From the NCBI GenBank assembly GCA_964416205.1, contig CAYQDC010000003.1:1167-60374 (forward strand): DNA of 59,208 bases. Reading direction: 5' to 3'. The stretch is from an uncultured Acetobacter sp. Lineage in GTDB: Bacteria; Pseudomonadota; Alphaproteobacteria; RF32; CAG-239. A model generated the notes under the pieces. That model searched no databases. It was not told where the DNA came from and was given only the letters and a program-made list of their open reading frames with translations. Position 1 is the first letter of the stretch, and each line of letters begins with the position of its first letter. Made by a program: the position numbers and the translations under genes. Of this stretch, positions 38,134-47,903 are shown one piece after another.

Positions 38134-38667
38134 TTATTGTGCTTTTTTGTACGTAAATGACGGAAAATTACTCTTTTCATCTCCCAGATTAATCAGAAGA
38201 CACCTATATGCTTCCTGTTCGGGATAAATTATCAGATATATATTTTTCGGTGCGGTATACGGATTTTGATTTTTACATATGCGGATATTTGATTCGGCAA
38301 CTCCCTGGTTGATTTTTACGTCGGCAATAACATCAGAAACTGGACGGGTTTTCTCTGTCTTGTAATTGTTGATATTTTCTTCTGAGAATTTTTCCAAATT
38401 GTGCATGGTAAAATAGCGATGCCGACGAAAGCGGACATTCTGGTCTAAATTATCTGCATAATAACCTTCTACAAATTTTTTGACAGCTGACAGCAAATCT
38501 TTGTCATCGCATGCCGGCAGAGAAATCTTCCGGTTTTCTACTTTATGTGTTATGACCTCTACTGCTTCTGGATATACATTATCTTGCCCTGATGATACGG
38601 AAAATTCCTCCGCCCCGGCCTGAATTGCCACAAGAGCAAGCACAGTGGCCATCAAAAATTTGTACAT
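38134..38667 (-). CDS. Hypothetical secreted protein
   Basis: Signal peptide MYKFLMATVLALVAIQAGA. No recognised family. Confidence 0.6.
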   Translation of the reverse strand: MYKFLMATVLALVAIQAGAEEFSVSSGQDNVYPEAVEVITHKVENRKISLPACDDKDLLSAVKKFVEGYYADNLDQNVRFRRHRYFTMHNLEKFSEENINNYKTEKTRPVSDVIADVKINQGVAESNIRICKNQNPYTAPKNIYLIIYPEQEAYRCLLINLGDEKSNFPSFTYKKAQ

Positions 38668-38688
38668 ACAACCTCCTCTGTATCCGTA

Positions 38689-40077
38689 TTAAAAGTTCAA
38701 TGACTTAGGCGTACGCGGAAATGGTATGACGTCGCGAATATTGGCAATACCGGTCAGCAACATCATCATTCGCTCAAATCCCAATCCAAATCCGGCGTGG
38801 GGAATAGAGCCGTATTTACGGGAATCCAAGTACCAGGAATAGTCTTCTTCATGCATTCCCAACTCCTCAATGCGCCTTTTCAGAAGTTCATAGCGCTCTT
38901 CACGTTGCGAACCGCCTATCAGTTCACCTATCCGCGGTACTAAAACATCCATTGCGGCAACCGTTTTGTTATCATCGTTCATCCGCATATAAAAAGCTTT
39001 AATTTCTTTCGGATAATCACGAACGATAACTGGTTTTTTGAAATACTGTTCCGCTAAAAAGCGTTCATGCTCAGTTTGCAAATCAATACCGTATTCCGGC
39101 TTGTATTCAAAATCTTTACCGGACTTTTGCATAATTTCAATGGCCTCAGTGTAGGTTATACGGGCAAAACTGTTGTTTTTAATATTGTTTAATGTATCCA
39201 GTAGCGATGTATCCACAAACTTGGCAAACAGTTCTATGTCATCGGCACATTTTTCCATCACATCCATTACACAATAACGAACCATATCTTCGGCTACATC
39301 CATATCATCATAAATATCAGCAAATGCCATTTCCGGCTCTATCATCCAAAACTCGGCAGCATGGCGTGGCGTATTAGAATTTTCGGCGCGGAAAGTCGGA
39401 CCGAAAGTATAGATATCACCTAGCGCACAAGCATACATCTCGCCATTTAATTGCCCTGATACCGTCAGATGTGCTGGCTTGCCGAAAAAATCCTGCCCGT
39501 AATCAATATCGCCGTTTGGCAGACGTGGCGGATTTTTAATATCCAACGTTGTTACCTGAAACATCTCACCGGCTCCTTCGCAATCCGAACCGGTAATAAT
39601 CGGTGTATGGACATATTGGAAACCGCGCTCCTGAAAAAATTTATGGATAGCATACGACAAAGCGGAACGGACTCGAAAAGTCGCACCGTATTTGTTGGTG
39701 CGCGGGCGTAGATGGGCTATCGTGCGCAAATATTCGTCAGAATGCTTTTTCTTTTGTAGCGGAAAATCATCCAGCGCCAGGCTGTAAATTTCAATCTTAT
39801 CGGCAACAATTTCATATTTTTGGTTACTGCCCTGCGATTCAATCAAAGATCCAGTAACAGCAACAGAGGATCCGGTAGACAAATTCTTTATCTCATTATA
39901 ATTGGGGAGATTATTCTGAGCTATAATTTGTAAATTTTTCAGGCATGATCCATCATTTAATTCAATAAACGAAAAATCTTTGGCATCTCTTCTGGTTTTT
40001 ACCCAACCTTTGGCCAATACCTGCGGTTGCGTTGTTTCCGACTGCAACAAATCTACAATCTTAGTTCTTTTTAACAT
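38689..40077 (-). CDS. asnS: Asparagine--tRNA ligase
   Basis: [24 protein letters not shown] domain. Class II motifs [21 protein letters not shown] and GFGLGFERM. Confidence 0.96.
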   Translation of the reverse strand: MLKRTKIVDLLQSETTQPQVLAKGWVKTRRDAKDFSFIELNDGSCLKNLQIIAQNNLPNYNEIKNLSTGSSVAVTGSLIESQGSNQKYEIVADKIEIYSLALDDFPLQKKKHSDEYLRTIAHLRPRTNKYGATFRVRSALSYAIHKFFQERGFQYVHTPIITGSDCEGAGEMFQVTTLDIKNPPRLPNGDIDYGQDFFGKPAHLTVSGQLNGEMYACALGDIYTFGPTFRAENSNTPRHAAEFWMIEPEMAFADIYDDMDVAEDMVRYCVMDVMEKCADDIELFAKFVDTSLLDTLNNIKNNSFARITYTEAIEIMQKSGKDFEYKPEYGIDLQTEHERFLAEQYFKKPVIVRDYPKEIKAFYMRMNDDNKTVAAMDVLVPRIGELIGGSQREERYELLKRRIEELGMHEEDYSWYLDSRKYGSIPHAGFGLGFERMMMLLTGIANIRDVIPFPRTPKSLNF

Positions 40078-40243
40078 TTTGATTTATTCCCCATACATTA
40101 AATGTTTTTTTAAAGCAAAACGAAGTTTAGGGTATTTTGTTTTAAATGTAAACAGAAAATGTTTTTTACATTGCGGAAATTTATCCGATAACAGATACAA
40201 AAAAAACAGAGATTAAGGGCTTTTTTTCATCGGGGCAATCATT

Positions 40244-40579
40244 TTACAGCATATGACGTGCCAGGATAACCAGATACGCATATACTAAAAATGCCAACAC
40301 CCGATATAGCGCTGCAACACTTATTATGGCGCCACCAATGAGAAACATCTGTATCAACGCCACAATAAACAGCCCGCAGCCTAACATTATCAACCAATAA
40401 TATTTCTGCTTTAACAGCAGCAGTGCCGCAATAACTGCCGACAGGGCGATATAGAGATTTTGCATGGCATAAAATATTTTTGATACCGGCATGGTAACCG
40501 GTGAAAAATGCAACACGAAAGACGCCATAATTACGGTAACAGCAACAATAAAAATCATAAAACAAGTTTTTTTAGACAT
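40244..40579 (-). CDS. Small hypothetical membrane protein (3-4 TM)
   Basis: The 111-aa frame is uniformly hydrophobic-helical. It was preferred over the overlapping 108-aa Cys/Arg-rich frame. Confidence 0.55.
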   Translation of the reverse strand: MSKKTCFMIFIVAVTVIMASFVLHFSPVTMPVSKIFYAMQNLYIALSAVIAALLLLKQKYYWLIMLGCGLFIVALIQMFLIGGAIISVAALYRVLAFLVYAYLVILARHML

Positions 40580-40657
40580 AAGCTCTCCCTCAGCTGTATT
40601 TATTGGAATAGTATAATGAAATAATCTTAAATTTCCGCTAATGTTTCCGGAAAAAAA

Positions 40658-42970
40658 TTAATTCCGTTGCACCTTATTTGTATATATTCTTTTTTTCAAC
40701 GCTTCTTTAGATGCGGAAACATAAGCTTTCTGCATTTCCGGTGTATCTAATACTTTTTTCATAACCATAAGCTCTTCATCATCGGCTTTTTTACATTCAT
40801 GAAACGATTTTACTTTGTTTTTTATCTTATTTATAAATTCTTTTGGATTATGCTCAAGTTCTGTTTTTAATTCGGAATACGCGGCATCGACTTTTTGCTG
40901 GAAGAGGATTTTCTGTTTTATATCATAAGTTTCTTTTCCTGCACATTTCAGATATTTTTTTCTGGCCTCCAGAATAGATGGAATGCTGTAGTTTTTCTTA
41001 AAATAATCGTTGGAACGTAAAAGTTCAAACACATTGTCGTCACCGGTTATTTTTCCTTTCTCTATAACGGTTACTTTATCGGCGTTGGCAACAACATCGG
41101 CTGCATGGGTGACAACGATGACATTTTTATCTTTGGCGATTTCTTTCAGTTCTGTAACAAGTTCCATACTTAACCCCGCATCCAGTGCCGAGGTAGGTTC
41201 ATCAAGTATGATGATTTCTTTTTGGGCTAAAATGGCGCGGGCAAATGTCAGGCGCTGTTGCTCTCCGCCGGAAAACTCGGTAAATCCTTTTTCGTAATTT
41301 GGATCGCCGTTCGGCTGTTCTTGATAATATGTATCATATATTTTTGCTTTTTTTAACGCTTCGTCTATTTTTTCCTTGGGATGGTCATGTAATTCGCACA
41401 TATAGTTATATCTTTCTGCGCTTATTTCTCCCCTTTCTTTTTTAATCCGCGCCTCATCCAAATCTTCATCGCTGGGTATCAGCATTTCGAGATTTTTACT
41501 AATACTCATCGAATCGAAAAAGATGTCTTTTTGCGTCATAATGCCAACATAATTCATGAGCTCTTGTTCCGTTGTTTCTGCTATATTGACTCCGCCGATG
41601 GTTATTTCTCCTTCATCAATATCATAAATGTGTGTCATCAAGTCGATTAGCGTGCTTTTGCCGTTTCCGGATTTGCCTATAATCACCTGGAGCAGACCTT
41701 TTTCAAAGGTAGTATTCATATTTTCTATCTGGAAGGAGTTTTTCTTTTCTGAATAATCTTTATCAGTTTTTTTTCTGCTGTAATCAGGATATTCAAACGA
41801 CACATTTTTTATTTCTATCTTGGAATTGTCAGCATTCAGCTGTTTTTCACCAGATTTAATGTTCATCCAATGTGGTATCTGCAATTTTTTATTTTCATCA
41901 ATATATCGATAGACAGATTCTTTCATTCGCCTCAATGATTGAACTACAGCGAGACTCCTAGTCAAAAAACCCATGCTGGCACCGGTTATAGTTGCGAATG
42001 CGCCTAGTTGACCGCTATCTAAAGATGTTTTGGCGCCGATATAACAGGCGGAACTAAAAATACCGATACTAATAATGGTATTCATGGTGATATCTAATTT
42101 GCTGCTCAACTCAAAGAACTTTTCAGAAAATAAATTAAACTTTCTGAGGCTGTGGTCAACGATGTTTATAGATTTGTCTTTCTGTTTGTATCTCTTTAAG
42201 ACATCGGCTTTACTTTGCAAATCATATATAGTGCTGTTTGTTTGTTCGGATTTTTCGCGAATGATTTTTTCCTGTTGCCTGTGACGTGAAGCAAAAAAAT
42301 TGCTGAGCCCTACCATCATGGCTGTGCCACCACATATAACTCCGAACATAACAGGAGACTGTGTTAGTAATATGGCGCCAGAAACAGTAATACCGGAGAT
42401 ACCGTTTAATATTTTCATATTTTCATTCATTATCACAGTCTGTGCATTTGCTATGTTGTTTATTCTGGATTGCAGATTTCTAGTATTGTTGTCTTTTAGA
42501 CGGAAGAACTGAAGTGGCCGGTTAAGGGTTTCTTTAAATTTGCGGACTACCGTATTTGCCTTAATTTGTTGACCAATTTTATTCATTATAAGCATCATCT
42601 TATTTCTGGAAATGGCAGATATAACCATGCCGCCAATATATTCGGTGCTACAAATCCATAGTTTGGCCTGCGCTGCCGTACTTTGTAACGCAGTCACCGT
42701 ATTTCCCATAAGTATTGGCAAACTTCCGCTTAATACCCCATTGGTCACTGACCAAAATATTCCTTGTTTTATTGTTTTTTTTTCATTACTGGAAGCGTTT
42801 TTGTATTGCTCTATAACAAGCTTTAAAATAGATGTTTCTTGTCTGGCCTTGCGTATTTTTCTTCCTCTGCGGACGATTTTAGGATTTAAAACTTTTGGAT
42901 TGATCTTCAGAGCCTTAGAAAAAGACATGCTGTCAAGCTGTTTTTTCTCTTTTTTTGTCAAATCAGTCAT
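40658..42970 (-). CDS. Fused TMD-NBD ABC exporter with basic N-terminal and long helical C-terminal extensions
   Basis: Walker A GKSGNGKST, Q-loop GIMTQKD, signature FSGGEQQR, Walker B IIILDEPTSALD, H-loop VVTHA. 770 aa. Confidence 0.9.
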   Translation of the reverse strand: MTDLTKKEKKQLDSMSFSKALKINPKVLNPKIVRRGRKIRKARQETSILKLVIEQYKNASSNEKKTIKQGIFWSVTNGVLSGSLPILMGNTVTALQSTAAQAKLWICSTEYIGGMVISAISRNKMMLIMNKIGQQIKANTVVRKFKETLNRPLQFFRLKDNNTRNLQSRINNIANAQTVIMNENMKILNGISGITVSGAILLTQSPVMFGVICGGTAMMVGLSNFFASRHRQQEKIIREKSEQTNSTIYDLQSKADVLKRYKQKDKSINIVDHSLRKFNLFSEKFFELSSKLDITMNTIISIGIFSSACYIGAKTSLDSGQLGAFATITGASMGFLTRSLAVVQSLRRMKESVYRYIDENKKLQIPHWMNIKSGEKQLNADNSKIEIKNVSFEYPDYSRKKTDKDYSEKKNSFQIENMNTTFEKGLLQVIIGKSGNGKSTLIDLMTHIYDIDEGEITIGGVNIAETTEQELMNYVGIMTQKDIFFDSMSISKNLEMLIPSDEDLDEARIKKERGEISAERYNYMCELHDHPKEKIDEALKKAKIYDTYYQEQPNGDPNYEKGFTEFSGGEQQRLTFARAILAQKEIIILDEPTSALDAGLSMELVTELKEIAKDKNVIVVTHAADVVANADKVTVIEKGKITGDDNVFELLRSNDYFKKNYSIPSILEARKKYLKCAGKETYDIKQKILFQQKVDAAYSELKTELEHNPKEFINKIKNKVKSFHECKKADDEELMVMKKVLDTPEMQKAYVSASKEALKKRIYTNKVQRN

Positions 42971-43175
42971 TTCCTAATTTCCTTCTCAGATGCGACTATT
43001 ATGATAGTGTATCATAATATAGGATTATTTGCAAGCATTGCGGAAATGCTTTATCGTCATTGACTATAACATTGATCCAACCAGTTGAAAAGGTTGGTTT
43101 CTCATATACTCAAAAAGAAAATGACACTTGTATTTGTCAAAAAAATATGTTATACTTTCTCTAGTGAAATAAAAA

Positions 43176-43919
43176 TTAGATTTTTTTAGAACGTTTCGCC
43201 TGCTGTTTTTTCGGTTTGAAAACAGTCTTTTTCGGTGTTTGCTTTACTTTCTGTACAGTTTTCGCCGTGTGAGAAGCTTTGGTTTCGGCGACTGTTTTGG
43301 CTGATACTTTCTTTTTCGTGGCAGAGGGCAGCTTTTTTCCCAGCCTCGGCTTTTTATAAATAAAAATTTTTTCCGGCACGCCATAAATTGAAGACGCTAT
43401 CTGTTTTACTTCTTCCAGATGTTCTAAAGGGAACATTTCCGAAATAACTGTGCAGTTTGGCTTGATTTCCTGAGCCAACTTTTTACCCAGTGGTTCGCCG
43501 GTTACTTTTAAGACATAGCACAAAATCAAATCCATAGTGGCGTAATTCTGTTTCATATAATCGCCCTTGATAAATTTTATGTTTGGCAGACCAGCTGCCT
43601 TTATTTTACCCATGGTCAAGGGCACTATATCCCATTCATAGCCTATAAATTCATGTTGCGGAAATTCCCTGGCCAGTGGCAACAACAAGGCACCGCTACC
43701 ACATCCTAAATCCGTTACCTTCAAAGATTTTGATGATTTTTGCAAAATGAGGCGTGCTTCTGCCAAGATATCTTGCTTTATTTTGCCGTAAGAAGACACA
43801 AACGGCCCGTATTTGCCACAGCCACAACGGATATAGGAATATGTCTGGTATAACAGATAAACAATGGCAAAAAAACCGATAACTAACGCCAGCAAGATGA
43901 GAATTCCATTGCAACACAT
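43176..43919 (-). CDS. Class I SAM-dependent methyltransferase with N-terminal TM helix and Lys-rich tail
   Basis: VTDLGCGSGALLLPLA motif I. N-terminal ILILLALVIGFFAIVYLLY. C-terminal ~55 aa KK..K-rich. Confidence 0.8.
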   Translation of the reverse strand: MCCNGILILLALVIGFFAIVYLLYQTYSYIRCGCGKYGPFVSSYGKIKQDILAEARLILQKSSKSLKVTDLGCGSGALLLPLAREFPQHEFIGYEWDIVPLTMGKIKAAGLPNIKFIKGDYMKQNYATMDLILCYVLKVTGEPLGKKLAQEIKPNCTVISEMFPLEHLEEVKQIASSIYGVPEKIFIYKKPRLGKKLPSATKKKVSAKTVAETKASHTAKTVQKVKQTPKKTVFKPKKQQAKRSKKI

Positions 43920-44030
43920 TATTTATTCTCCTTTGCATAAAAAAGTTGCTTCTCTGTTTTATTTATCTTAAATTGTTTAAGATTATGTTTAAGGAGTTAT
44001 ATATCTCAAAAAATTTCAAGGGAGAAACTT

Positions 44031-44750
44031 ATGAACAAACAATACCGGCGTATTTTATTTTTGACTGGCGCAGGAATCTCTGCTGAATCCGGATTAGCCA
44101 CGTTTCGCAGCGAAAACGGTTTGTGGAATAACCACCGGGTTGATGATGTTGCTACGATTGAAGCCTATTACCGCAATCCCGACTATGTTCATGATTTTTA
44201 TAACAACATGAAACCGGAATTATGGAATGCCAAACCCAATGCCGCTCATCTGGCTATTGCACGCCTGCAACAGGAATACCCAGGTGAAGTTTATATCGTG
44301 ACGCAGAATGTTGACACACTGCATGAAAAGTCCGAAAGCAAAAACGTTATCCATATCCACGGGCAAATCAACCAGGCCATATGCCTGAACTGTGGCCATA
44401 TTCTGGAATCATGGGGCGATGTCACTTCTGAAACGATTTGCGAGAATTGCCAAGTAACTGGCATGATGAAACCGAATATTGTCTTTTTTGGCGAAAATCT
44501 GCTGTATATGGATACCGTTGAAAAACTGTTACATTCATCGGATCTTTTTGTTTCCATCGGTACTTCAGGAGTGGTTTATCCAGCAGCTGGTTTTGTTCGG
44601 ACGGCAAAATATTATGGTGCCGACACCATAGAGTTTAATCTGGAACCGACATCAAACAACTTTTATTTTGATAAACATATCATGGGGAAAGCAGGCGATA
44701 CGCTTCCTCCGTTTGTCAACAGATTGCTGGCTACTGTCCATGACAATTAG
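44031..44750 (+). CDS. cobB: NAD-dependent protein deacylase (Sir2 family)
   Basis: LTGAGISAESGLATFR, QNVDTLHE, IHIHG, CxxC...CxxC zinc ribbon, GTSGVVYPAAGF. Confidence 0.93.
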   Translation: MNKQYRRILFLTGAGISAESGLATFRSENGLWNNHRVDDVATIEAYYRNPDYVHDFYNNMKPELWNAKPNAAHLAIARLQQEYPGEVYIVTQNVDTLHEKSESKNVIHIHGQINQAICLNCGHILESWGDVTSETICENCQVTGMMKPNIVFFGENLLYMDTVEKLLHSSDLFVSIGTSGVVYPAAGFVRTAKYYGADTIEFNLEPTSNNFYFDKHIMGKAGDTLPPFVNRLLATVHDN

Positions 44751-45609
44751 CTGCAAACATCTGCTGCAAAAAAGCAGGTGAAAAAATGTTTTTTCCGGCT
44801 ATCATTTTTAATTTGCTGCAGCCATCCGCCGCATAAAAAGCTTCGGCATTTTGCGGAGAAAAATATTTTCCTATTTTCCGTCGCACGATTACGTTTGCCT
44901 CTTCATAGCTGATTTTATGATATCTCTTGCTTTCTATATTCCTTTGCAATACATCATCGGGCAAGGCTGCCAATTTGCCGCCGGAAAACAATATTTGCAG
45001 CCAAAAATCCCAATCTTCAGAAACCAACAGATTTTCATCATAACGAATATGTTTTTTTTGCGCAAAATAGCGACGATACATTACGTTGGCATTGCCGAAA
45101 TTGTTATATTGGATTAAACCGGCAGCTATTTCATCGTGATGCAATGGGATACGCCGAAAGCCCTTTAACTGGCCTGCTACCGCCGCAATATCGGGGTTTT
45201 TCTCCAAAAATTCAACCTGCTTGACCATGCGCTGTGGCAAAATTTCATCATCGTCATCCATTATCATGATATATTTTCCACGTGCCAAAGAAGCGGCTCG
45301 GTTGCGAGAATATGCTATACCGCGGTTTTTCTTGTTCTTATAATAACTTATCCGCGAATCTACCGCACTGTATTTTTTGATAACCTCATCTGTCCCATCC
45401 GTTGAACCGTCATTGACAATGATAAGCTCAAAGTTATCAAAATCCTGCCCCAATATCCCATCTATTGTTCTTGGCAACAGACCTGCTCGCTGATATGTCA
45501 GCATTACGACGGATACTACTGGCTCATGCTGCCGAAAACACTTTATATATATTATGCCGCAAATCAAAACCAGCAATGTCACGACGGTGGCGGCAGTACA
45601 TCTTTTCAT
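44731..45609 (-). CDS. Family 2 glycosyltransferase with N-terminal TM anchor
   Basis: VSVVMLTYQRAGLLPRTIDGILGQDFDNFELIIVNDGSTDGT and MDDDD motif. Confidence 0.88.
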   Translation of the reverse strand: MKRCTAATVVTLLVLICGIIYIKCFRQHEPVVSVVMLTYQRAGLLPRTIDGILGQDFDNFELIIVNDGSTDGTDEVIKKYSAVDSRISYYKNKKNRGIAYSRNRAASLARGKYIMIMDDDDEILPQRMVKQVEFLEKNPDIAAVAGQLKGFRRIPLHHDEIAAGLIQYNNFGNANVMYRRYFAQKKHIRYDENLLVSEDWDFWLQILFSGGKLAALPDDVLQRNIESKRYHKISYEEANVIVRRKIGKYFSPQNAEAFYAADGCSKLKMIAGKNIFSPAFLQQMFAANCHGQ

Positions 45610-45613
45610 TTCC

Positions 45614-46063
45614 TTATTGTGCTATAATACGAGCGGTACTGCCAAACAAAACAAAACAACGTTGCCCGACTCCAAGTGCCTGTCCCGTTCCCTGGGTTAT
45701 ACTGATAACCTGACCGTTATCCAATTTGACAATATATTCTAAACCGATTTGTGAATTAACCCCTTTTTCTATCGCATTGCCAGCCATGCCACCCAATAAA
45801 GCACCACCAACCGCACCTAAGGCGTGCGCTGTGCCGCCACTGCCAATTGTTGATCCAGCAACACCACCAGCGACACTGCCAATCAGAGTGCCAGCACCGG
45901 AATTCGAGTTAACATTAACGGCGCGGACGCTCAAAACCGTGCATTGTGTGACAGTTGATACCTTGCCAGTCTGATTGACGGAATAATAATCCGAATTGAT
46001 ATTATCCGCACATCCAGACAAAAGCAAAGCCCCTAATGTTATCCCTAAAAATTTTTTAGACAT
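45614..46063 (-). CDS. Glycine-zipper outer-membrane lipoprotein (SlyB/17-kDa antigen family)
   Basis: Lipobox LLSGC. GSVAGGVAGSTIGSGGTAHALGAVGGALLGGMAG. Confidence 0.85.
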   Translation of the reverse strand: MSKKFLGITLGALLLSGCADNINSDYYSVNQTGKVSTVTQCTVLSVRAVNVNSNSGAGTLIGSVAGGVAGSTIGSGGTAHALGAVGGALLGGMAGNAIEKGVNSQIGLEYIVKLDNGQVISITQGTGQALGVGQRCFVLFGSTARIIAQ

Positions 46064-46154
46064 AATTAATCTCCTCGTTGATTTTACCGTTGTTTTTAAT
46101 TTAATGTATTATTTCCGATTGTCAATATTTTTCACAGTCACAGGCCTTTTTAGA

Positions 46155-47084
46155 CTAAATTTTATTTTTCAATTCTTCCAGGATACGTTTTTCATGCTCA
46201 GGCTGATCTTGTCGGGCTTCTATAACATCTTTGCGGATTTTTTGTGTGCGCCTAAACAGTTGAAAAAGTTTATCACCTTCATCCCAACGGATATTGCGCT
46301 CCAAGGCAATTAAATCTTCAATAAAACGTTGTATCAACTCCAGAACAGTCTGCTTATTGGTCAAGAATATATCACGCCACATGGTCGGATCTGAACCGGC
46401 AATACGGGTAAAATCACGAAAGCCACCAGCTGAATATTTAATGATCTCTTTATGCTCGTATCCCTCCAAATCGGCAACCGTTCCTACAATGGAATAGGCA
46501 ATCAGCTGCGGCAAATGCGATACGGCAGCCATAACTTTATCATGATGAGCTGCCTCCATGATATCTACTTTCATGCCACAATGCTCCCACATTTTCGTTA
46601 ACAGCTCTTCTGCTTCAGGGGTAGAATTTTCAGTCGGTGTCAATATACACCAACGCCCTTTAAACAATGAAGAAAATCCATTTTGGGGACCTGATTTTTC
46701 AGTTCCTGCAACCGGATGTCCGCCAACTACAATTTGTCCCTGTGATTTGTTTAGGTATTTTTCCATCTCCAGTAGACTATATTGTTTAACTGAACCGACG
46801 TCTGTAATTATGACACCTTTTTTAGTATATGGGGCAATTTGTCGTGCCAATGCACCAAAAGCACAAACCGGTGTGGCAAAAATAACGATGTCTGCATTCT
46901 TTACCACTGCCTCTGGTTTTGTCTCGTAAATATCTGCCAATCCGAGACGTTGCGCTTCGGCAAGATGTTCTTCATCAAGATCGTATATCGCCAACTCATC
47001 CACATCTCCGTTTTGTTTTAAATTTCTGGCAAGGGATGATCCTATCAGCCCGATGCCCAAAATTGCCGCTTTTGCAAATAACAT
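46155..47084 (-). CDS. tyrA: Prephenate/arogenate dehydrogenase
   Basis: Rossmann AAILGIGLIGSSLA. HPVAGTEKSG. Start trimmed to ATG 47084 (MLFAKAAILG) because the upstream 26 codons look non-coding. Confidence 0.88.
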   Translation of the reverse strand: MLFAKAAILGIGLIGSSLARNLKQNGDVDELAIYDLDEEHLAEAQRLGLADIYETKPEAVVKNADIVIFATPVCAFGALARQIAPYTKKGVIITDVGSVKQYSLLEMEKYLNKSQGQIVVGGHPVAGTEKSGPQNGFSSLFKGRWCILTPTENSTPEAEELLTKMWEHCGMKVDIMEAAHHDKVMAAVSHLPQLIAYSIVGTVADLEGYEHKEIIKYSAGGFRDFTRIAGSDPTMWRDIFLTNKQTVLELIQRFIEDLIALERNIRWDEGDKLFQLFRRTQKIRKDVIEARQDQPEHEKRILEELKNKI

Positions 47085-47344
47085 TTCTTCTGCCCTCTTT
47101 TTTTTACTTCTGCCGGCGAAAAGTCTAAACCGTAAAAAAAAGATGTCAAATTTTACCGGCAAATAACCCAGAAATACTTTTATCTGAATATTTTGCCGGT
47201 TGACATAGCTGTATAATTTTGTATCCTTTTATTGTTCGATTACTCATTTGTTGAATTAGTATTGTTATCATTTTGTCGAATGATTAGGTTTAAGGATCGA
47301 ACCTCGTTAAAAAATTTTTTATTTTATGGGTAAAATTTATCATC

Positions 47345-47785
47345 ATGTTGTTTTTTTTGACCGGCGCTGGTTTTTCTGCAGAATCGGGACTTTGCACATT
47401 TCGCGGCAACGTTGGCCTGTGGAATGGTTACAGAGTCGAAAACATTGCCTCCAAAGAAGCTTTTACGAAATGTCCGATATGTGGCAAAAAAGGCTTTATT
47501 CGTCCTAATATCGTTTTATTTAACGAACCAATCTTTTATGTGCGACAAATTGAACAACTCATAAAGCAAGCTGATTTGTTTGTTGCCGCTGGTACATCCG
47601 ATGAAATTCCTCCGGCATCTATTTTTGCCAAAGAAACTAAATCCGGCGGTGCTAAAACCGTTGCTCTTAATCTGACCCTCCCCTTAAATTACCGTTATTT
47701 TGACACGGTGATTTTAGGTAAAGTAAGCAAAACTCTACCAAAGTTCATAATGGAGCATTGGGCTCGATTCAGCGGTAAATGCTGA
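47345..47785 (+). CDS. Internally deleted Sir2-family paralog (lacks catalytic His and QNxD), probable non-catalytic remnant
   Basis: [33 protein letters not shown] aligns with the cobB N-terminus, then jumps straight to [23 protein letters not shown]... About 85 residues of the cobB core are missing, yet the frame stays open. Confidence 0.6.
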   Translation: MLFFLTGAGFSAESGLCTFRGNVGLWNGYRVENIASKEAFTKCPICGKKGFIRPNIVLFNEPIFYVRQIEQLIKQADLFVAAGTSDEIPPASIFAKETKSGGAKTVALNLTLPLNYRYFDTVILGKVSKTLPKFIMEHWARFSGKC

Positions 47786-47903
47786 TGTACGGTCTTTTTC
47801 CGCAGTTCCATGGAATTATCTGAAATCATGCGCATACAGCCTGATAAAAAAGCAGACTTCATCAGAAGCCTGCTTTTCAAAATCTAAATTTTTGTTGATT
47901 ATT

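Noticed and set aside
40239-40565. 108-aa ORF overlapping the 111-aa membrane-protein ORF on the same strand
   Set aside because: It is a Cys/Arg/Tyr-rich shadow frame. The alternative frame gives coherent TM helices.
42775-42783. A9/T9 and similar A/T homopolymers (also 5916-5925, 17222-17229, and intergenic T8-T10 runs)
   Set aside because: A/T runs of this length are expected in such AT-rich DNA, often encoding Lys-Lys-Lys, so they were not treated as contingency loci.
47085-47162. Upstream 26 codons of the prephenate dehydrogenase ORF
   Set aside because: The Rossmann GxGxxG starts right after the internal Met (47084). The upstream residues (MPVKFDIFFLRFRLFAGRSKKKRAEE) look like translated promoter sequence.
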